NCBI GenBank assembly: GCA_964016885.1
Contig: OZ024758.1
Coordinates: 24,180,001 to 24,244,000, forward strand
Source: Eledone cirrhosa
Lineage: Eukaryota
Length of the DNA stretch: 64,000 nucleotides
Direction of reading: 5' to 3'
Positions within the stretch are counted from its first letter, which is position 1. Every line of letters begins with the position of its first letter. This document shows positions 54,069 through 64,000 of this stretch, in pieces. The notes under the pieces were generated by a model. The model made no database searches, was not told the origin of the DNA, and was given only the letters and a program-made list of their open reading frames with translations. The translations under genes and the position numbers were made by a program.

Positions 54069-55299
54069 TAATTTAAATATATATATATAAGTTTTGCCTT
54101 ATTGTGGTAATAATTTATTGATATTTATATGTATTAGAATAATTTCATTAAGAGTCTCGTTATCCTATGCTTTGATTAGGACAGTTCAATATTTAATTAG
54201 ACATCAATTATGATATATACAATAGATAATTTATGGCTTTCGAAATATCGCTGGACGAGAGAGAGAGAGAGAGATGTTTTAAATGTTTGTATATGGTGAA
54301 TGAGTTATCTTCCTTTTGTTTACATTGTCCATAAATTTTCTTTTCTTTTTGACTAACATATTAAATATGAAATATGTAGATTAATAATATATAGACTATC
54401 ATTAAAAGGAAACTATATATCAAAATAAGTAAATACAGAACTAAATATAACCTTTCATTAAATTAATGAAATAAAATTTTTGAGAGTAAATATAACTACA
54501 GTTTAATCCTAGGAATTAAATGAAAATTAAAGACTAGTAAAGATTTTATAAAGAGAATATCTTAATTAAATTAAATAATTTGGGTAATAAATGATCTAAA
54601 TATATTATATGTATTGACGGTGATATACGCATGATATTATATTTTAATATATATTTAATAATTATTTAAATACGCTTCAAAGATGAATTATTTTAAAGTT
54701 GTAATAAAATATTTATAGAATATTTTACTTTAAAATTAAAAATTATAATAATCTATAAGTTAAATTAAATTATATAAATTTATGATTAAACTAAATATGT
54801 GATTGCTATAGAATGTAATCTATATTGATTAATTTTGATACAATATATAAGTATAATTAGGTAAAGCATTATCAAATACAAGAGATATTCTATTGTTTAT
54901 GTGAATAGAATAGATGTCTTATTTGATCTAACATTTGAAAACAACAGTTTTTTTTATCCCCCTCTATTCGATGTTCCCTTATTTTTCTTTATTTTTCTTT
55001 AAATCCTTCCCCCTTTGTTCCCTTTTACTTTCCCCACACCTACCTCTTTTGTCATTATTCCTCTTTTCTTTTTTATATATTTCTTTTATTCATTCATCCA
55101 TTTATTTATCTATTTACGTATGTATTTATTTATGTATTTATTGCCTTTCCTCTTCTTTACTATATCTCTAATTTACTATACGTCCGTTTCTTCTGTAAGT
55201 TTATCTTATTATTTGTGGTTTAAAAACGTTGAGATTTGATGAAATAAATCATTGCCAATACTGGAATTGAATAATCAAGACGATAGCAGTGTGTCATAT

Positions 55300-55363
55300 A
55301 TTTTGTCTGATGAGAACGTACTGAAAAAACAATAGAGTACCTTTGAAATATATATAATAAAGT
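55300..55363 (+). ncRNA. Minimal type I hammerhead ribozyme
   Basis: ATTTTGT-CTGATGA-GAAcGTACT loop AGTACcTTT-GAAA-TATAT-ATA-ATAAAGT; stem I 7 bp with G-U pairs, intact core. Confidence 0.8.
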
Positions 55364-55415
55364 TTATATTTTGATTATGAGAATATTTTTCATTTGTTAA
55401 CATTTTGAATAATAT

Positions 55416-57955
<2,540 letters not shown>

Positions 57956-58116
57956 TTTATAAATAAAAAAAAATAACAGGTCCATTCATGTTGACATCTC
58001 TTGCAAAACTTTTGGTGCTGGCAGTTTTGCTTTCTGTTTCGGTTTGTATTTTATTTTTCGCATTTTCTATAATATATATTATAAATTAATCGAATTATTT
58101 TCATTTTCTTTTACAG

Positions 58117-58295
58117 GAATGGACGTAAATATAGGTTTGAAAAACCTGACAACGCTTCCAACCTTTTTAGACATGGTGAGCTGGGCAGAAACAGAGAACC
58201 ATATAACGTCTGTTTTAACATACAAAACACGTCACACAGATAAAGTGTGTCGTACTTTTGTCAGATCTGGATTACGAGAATATATGTTCTCTTAA
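58117..58295 (+). CDS. Terminal coding exon (G)[10 protein letters not shown]...REYMFS*
   Basis: Acceptor tcattttcttttacag; G|GA completes Gly and rebuilds [18 protein letters not shown], matching the GDAAHxxxPxxGQGxNxG consensus across a 14.5 kb intron; TAA at 58293-58295. Confidence 0.9.
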
Positions 58296-58327
58296 AGAGG
58301 GCTGTTAAGTTAAATATAATTATATAC

Positions 58328-58370
<43 letters not shown>

Positions 58371-58752
58371 TGTATATACACGCATATATACATTTTTATA
58401 TATACATACACACATGTATATATACCTATATATATGCATACACACACACATATTTATATGCATATATATATATATATACATAGATATATACCTATATATA
58501 TGCACACACACACACACATGTATATATACATATATATATATATATACATAGATATATACCTATATATATGCACACACACACATGTATATATACATAGATA
58601 TATACCTATATATATGCACACACACACATGTATATATACATATATAAATACATAGATATATACACATACATACATACATACACGGGGCGGTGCCCCAGCA
58701 TGGCCTCAGCCGGATGGCTGAAATCAGGTAAAAGAGTAAAAGAGTAATACAT

Positions 58753-58807
<55 letters not shown>

Positions 58808-58869
58808 CACACACACATACATGCATACATTATATATATATATATATGTATAAATATATAAATATATTT

Positions 58870-59089
58870 TTAGAAACGTTGAGCAAATATATATTTATTG
58901 GAAATTTAGAAGCTTTAGCGTTTATTTTATGCTACGAAATATAGTCACGTAAAGGCTTCTGGACAAAAAAATAAGAACTACACTGTCAACTCTTTTGTCC
59001 CCTACAGGGACTTATGGTGAGTATGTTAGACTATTGTTTATTGTAAGAAATGCGTTAAAGCTTCGAAATTTTCGATAAATATTCGTATG

Positions 59090-59090
<1 letters not shown>
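58870..59090. mobile_element. TA-embedded fold-back element
   Basis: Arms atatttattggaaatttagaagctttagcg / cgttaaagcttcgaaattttcgataaatat. Confidence 0.45.
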
Positions 59091-59126
<36 letters not shown>

Positions 59127-59524
59127 TGTGTGTGTGTGTGCGTCATATGTGTGTATATAAATATATGTGTGTGTACATATATATATATGTATGTATATAT
59201 ATGAATGTGTTTATTATATATGTATATATTTATATATGTATATATGAATGAATTTATTATATATATATGAATGTTTATTATATATGTATATATTTATATA
59301 TGTATATATGAATGAATTTATTATATATATGAATGTGTTTATTATATATGTATATATTTATATATGTATATATGAATTAATTTATTATATATATATATAT
59401 ATATAATATACACAACATATATATCCATATATATATAATATATATATATGTGTGTGTGTGTAAACAAACAAGTATGAGATTAAAAATATATCCATTGGAT
59501 AATGGAGTGTGTGTGCGTGTGCGT

Positions 59525-59565
<41 letters not shown>

Positions 59566-59914
59566 TGCGAGAGAGGGACGTTTGGTCTGCTCGATGTTCT
59601 GTGCTACCTTCGGGCATTTTTTTTCTTTTTCTTTGGTGCTTCTGCAAATTCTTTTTTATATAGAAAAGTTGTATTTTTACATTTAAAATAAATTATTACA
59701 AATGAATAATTTATTTTCTTTCGCAAATCCCTTGACATTTGAAAACCCAATCTTTTTCACACGCACATACACACACACGTGTGATAAGCGCCGTTGAATA
59801 TCAGTAGTATTTGGCTTTCTTAAATTGATCGTGGTCCGTGTATACAAGATGGCGTGCATATGTAAGTAATCGAAATGGAGAGCAAGGAAGAAAACAATAA
59901 TGAGTTAACTGTAA

Positions 59915-60125
59915 ATACGAAAATATGGATATATGGATATACGAAAATATATGGAAATACGAAAATATGGAAATACGAAAATATATGGAAATACGAAAAT
60001 ATGGAAATACGAAAATATATGGAAATACGAAAATATATGGAAATACGAAAATATGGAAATACGAAAATATATGGATATACGAAAGTATATGGAAATTCGA
60101 AAATATGGAAATACGAAAATACGAA
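59915..60125. repeat. ggaaatacgaaaatat(at) minisatellite
   Basis: Direct inspection. Confidence 0.9.
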
Positions 60126-60601
60126 GGAGAATAAATGATTAAATTTAATTAGCATATTATGACCTTTGGAAGCCTACGTATTTTCTTCCGTCCTTGGTAA
60201 ATTTACATAATCATATTTCAAATTTAAACGAAGAAATGTTACCGAAATATCAAAATATACTTAAATTAAAGCAAAATATTCTAAGGGGGCTCTAAAATGA
60301 AACATTTCAAAACACTGCAAACTTTTATTTAGAAAGAAACACGTACACACAAATCTATATATACGTACGTACGTATGTATGTATGTATGTATGTACTTAA
60401 AAAAACCTTCTAAGTACAGGCATTGCTTGTTCAGGATCTGTTACAGGTTTGTGTGGCTGGTCGTAGCCTAAAAGTGCACCATTTTCTGTAATCTGACAAG
60501 CGATTGCAATACTCTTAGCAGAGTTTGCAGCCATCGTTCGTGTGTGGTGTGTGGTGTGTGGTGTGTGGTGTGTGGTGTGTGGTGTGTGGTGTGTGGTGTG
60601 T

Positions 60602-60641
<40 letters not shown>

Positions 60642-61182
60642 AGTGTGTGTAACTAAGAGTGTATCTTTCAAACATGTTAAATTAAAAGCCCGACTGTGTT
60701 AAATTACTAAGGAAATAAGAAACATTATTTTTAAAAAAAATCAAACGTTAACAGTCGTATTTTTAATATCACACACACACACACACACACACACACGTGA
60801 GTATGCGTGTGTGTGCGTGTATATATATATATGTGCGCATATATATATATGTGTGTGTTTGTGGGTATGTATATATATTTGCGGATGTGTGTATATATGC
60901 GTTTATGCGTGCACACACACACACATACATACATACATACATACAGGGTGTCCCCCAAAAAATGTATACACACTTCAAGAGCATTCTAATTTATATCGAC
61001 TTACATCAAAGTATCAAGCTACATTGCTGAATCACAGAAATTGTTGGATTAATGAGAAACATTTTCAGTGAATCAAATGTGATCTGGTTTCAATTCTCGC
61101 TTCTCTTTACATTATTGATCTTTTCTTTTCTTTTCTTTTCTTTGTCGATGTTCAAATCTTATTGAAGAAGATTATTATCAAA

Positions 61183-61568
61183 GGGCGGTGGATTGGCAGT
61201 ATCGGTAGAGGGTCGGACGCCATGCTTTCCAGCATAGTTACGTCCCTTTACGATCTGAGTTCAAATCCCGCCGAGGTTGACTTTGCCTTTCATCCTTACG
61301 GGGGTCGATAAAATAAAGTACCAGTAATGTACTGGGTGATTGCTGGCCTTTTGCCTAAAGTAGAAACAATTATTATCAAAGGGCGGTGGATTGGCAGTAT
61401 CGGTAGAGGGTCGGACGCCATGCTTTCCAACATAGTTACGTCCCTTTACGATCTGAGTTCAAATCCCGCCGAGGTTGACTTTGCCTTTCATCCTTACGGG
61501 GTCGATAAAATAAAGTACCAGTAATGCACTGGGTAATTGCTGGCCTTGTGCCTAAAGTAGAAACAATT
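61183..61568 (+). mobile_element. Two tandem SINE A copies; more at 61704-61800(-), 61881-62070(+), 62290-62480(+)
   Basis: Family match; attattatcaa at the junctions. Confidence 0.9.
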
Positions 61569-62813
61569 ATTATCAAGTAGTATATCTTGACTACAAAATT
61601 GAATTGTATGCTATTACGTGAAATGATATTACATCTCAGAACTGCTTTATGTAATACATGAATGTTCTTAAAATCCTTTCTGCTTATTAAAATCTTCATA
61701 ATATTTGTTTCTACTTTAGGCACAAGGCCAGCAATTACCCAGTTCATTACTGGTACTTTATTTTATCGACCCCGTAAGGATGAAAGGCAAAGTCAACCTT
61801 ACATTGAGACACCAATAACTTCTTAAACATCCATCGTAATCTAAATAAGTTTCTATCCTTTTATATTAGTGGGAATTAAAGGGCGGTGGATTGGTAGTAT
61901 CGGTAATGAGTCGGACGCCATGCTTTGCAGCATAGAGTTACGGCCCTTTCCAATCTGAGTTCAAATCCCGCCGAGGTTAACTTTGCCTTTCATCCTTACG
62001 GAGTCGATAAAATAAAGTACCAGTAATACACTGGGTATTTGCTGGCCTTGTGCCAAAAGTAGAAACAATTATTAGCGAGATAAGAGCAGGAGATTGGCAG
62101 TAGAATTGTTAGAGCGTCGGACAGCCTGCTTTGCAGCATAGAGTTACGTCCCTTTACGTCAGATTTGCCTTTCATCCTTACGGGGTCGATAAAATATAGC
62201 ACCAGTCACGCACTGGGGTCGATTTAATTGACATTTTCCTACTCCAAAATTACTGACCTTCTGCCTAAATCAGAAACCATTATTATGTGGGCGGTGGGCT
62301 GGCAGTATCGGTAGAGGGTCGGACGCCATGCTTTGCAGCAAAGAGTTACGGCCCTGTATGGTACGAGTTCAAATCCCGCCGAGGTTAGCTTTCCCTTTCA
62401 TCCTTACGGGGTCGATAAACTAAAGCACCAGTAATACACTGGGATAATTGCTGGCCTTGTGCCTAAATCAGAAACCATTATGTTGGAATCAACAAACAAC
62501 CAAATATGCTTCGTTATGTTACATCTTATAATTTTATATATTGTTCTCAATAGTATCTAGTTTGGAAAATTCCCTAATTTCCAATAGTTGTTCTTGCTGC
62601 TGTTGTCATTGCTATGGTAGCAGTTAAACCCTAGAATTATTACTATTATAATCCGACATGGGGCCAAGGAACCCCGTGTCAGCTGTTCGTCATGTGGGCG
62701 TGGAATATGTCTTGATGTTTGGTTGTTTGGAGCTCAATGTTGTAAGCGACCCAAACACGCGTCAGTATTACATTGATCCTCTATCTCCCGAGCAATAATC
62801 TTTTATTAGCCAC

Positions 62814-62960
62814 GGTGGATTGCTAAGGTGGACTGCCAAGGTGGACTACCAAGGTGGATTGCCAAGGTGGATTGCCAAGGTGGATTGCCAAGGTGGATTG
62901 CTAAGGTGGATTGCCAAGGTGGATTGCCAAGGTGGATGGCTAAGGTGGATTGCTAAGGTA
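62814..62960. repeat. 13-bp tandem repeat ggtggattgccaa
   Basis: Direct inspection. Confidence 0.9.
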
Positions 62961-63039
62961 AATATCTCTTGGTATTTCTATCATGTGAAGACGGGGCTAA
63001 ATAGTCTTATATTGTTGTTGTTGTGGTTTCTGATGAGAA

Positions 63040-63770
63040 CGATGATGATGATGATGACGATGATGATGATGACGAGGATGATGTTGATGAGTGATGATGA
63101 TGATAATGGGGAGTATGATGATAATGCTTATGAATACGATGATGATGCTAAAGATGATGAAGAATATGATGATGATTATAATGATGATAATGAATATAAT
63201 GCTGGTGATGATGAATGGGTATGATGGCGGTGATGATGATGATGTGAATGAAAATGATGATGAGTGATGATGAGTGATGATGATGAGTGATGATGATGAG
63301 TGATGATGATAATGAGTGATGATAAGTGATGATGAGTGATGATGATAAGTGATGATGATGATGATGATAATGAATGATGATGATAATGAGTGATGATGAG
63401 TGATGATGATAATGAGTGGTGATGAGTGATAATGATAATGAGTGATGATGATGATGATGATGATGAGTGATGATGATGAGTGATGATGATAATGAGTGAT
63501 GATAAGTGATGATGAGTGATGATGATAAGTGATGATAATGAGTGATGATGATAATGAGTGATGATGATAATGAGTGATGATGAGTGATGATGATAATGAG
63601 TGATGATGAGTGATGATGATAATGAGTGATGATGAGTGATAATGATAATGAGTGATGATGATGATGATGATGATGAGTGATGATGATGATGATGATGATG
63701 AGTGATGATGATGATGATAATGATGATGATGATGATAATGAGTGATGATGATGATAATGAGTGATGATTT
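63040..63770. repeat. (TGA)n-type microsatellite with GAGT/TAA interruptions
   Basis: Direct inspection. Confidence 0.95.
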
Positions 63771-64000
63771 GATTCCAGACCAGACCAGACCAGACCCTAA
63801 TTTTTAACATCATTGGATGAATAAACATTTGAGTAGTTACCCAACAGTGAGGGCCAGAACTACATTGTATATTCTAAATAATATTTCCACGTCTCCAGTT
63901 ATTTAAACCTCAATAAACCGTCGAAATTCCTCACATATCACTGTTGTGGCCCCGTGGTAAGGATGTTGGACTTGCGATCATTTAAATTGACCTCAGTATT

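Larger units (their letters stand above)
53500..55415 (+). mobile_element. 5'-truncated Penelope-like retroelement (Naiad-like): GIY-YIG remnant, long AT-rich 3' region, terminal hammerhead, abutting (TA)n
   Basis: Protein motifs plus hammerhead at 55300-55363; continuity across 54070-55300 is inferred. Confidence 0.7.

Overview
Repeat-saturated, AT-rich eukaryotic DNA. The tRNA-derived SINE families and huge (TA)n tracts suggest an octopus/coleoid cephalopod genome (inference). One spliced + strand gene crosses the window: 5 phase-compatible GT-AG exons (30113-58295, about 296 aa visible) encoding the C-terminal part of an uncharacterised FAD-dependent oxidoreductase/monooxygenase-like protein with DG and GD fingerprints; its N-terminal Rossmann exon was not found. 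The rest is SINEs (three families), minisatellites and microsatellites, a decayed Buster/Charlie hAT, MITEs, and LINE remnants (RTE-like, CRE-like). The most interesting signal is a Penelope-like retroelement (PLE) system tied to (TA)n tracts. It comprises a 5'-truncated GIY-YIG element of Naiad-like type whose 3' end carries an intact-looking minimal hammerhead ribozyme, further hammerheads with covarying stems and a conserved C-C mismatch, and many short fold-back elements from unrelated families. Several of these break inside the ribozyme and share an ACTC-N(11-17)-GAGTRC stem-loop just beyond the inverted arm. Almost all long ORFs in the supplied track are tandem-repeat artefacts.
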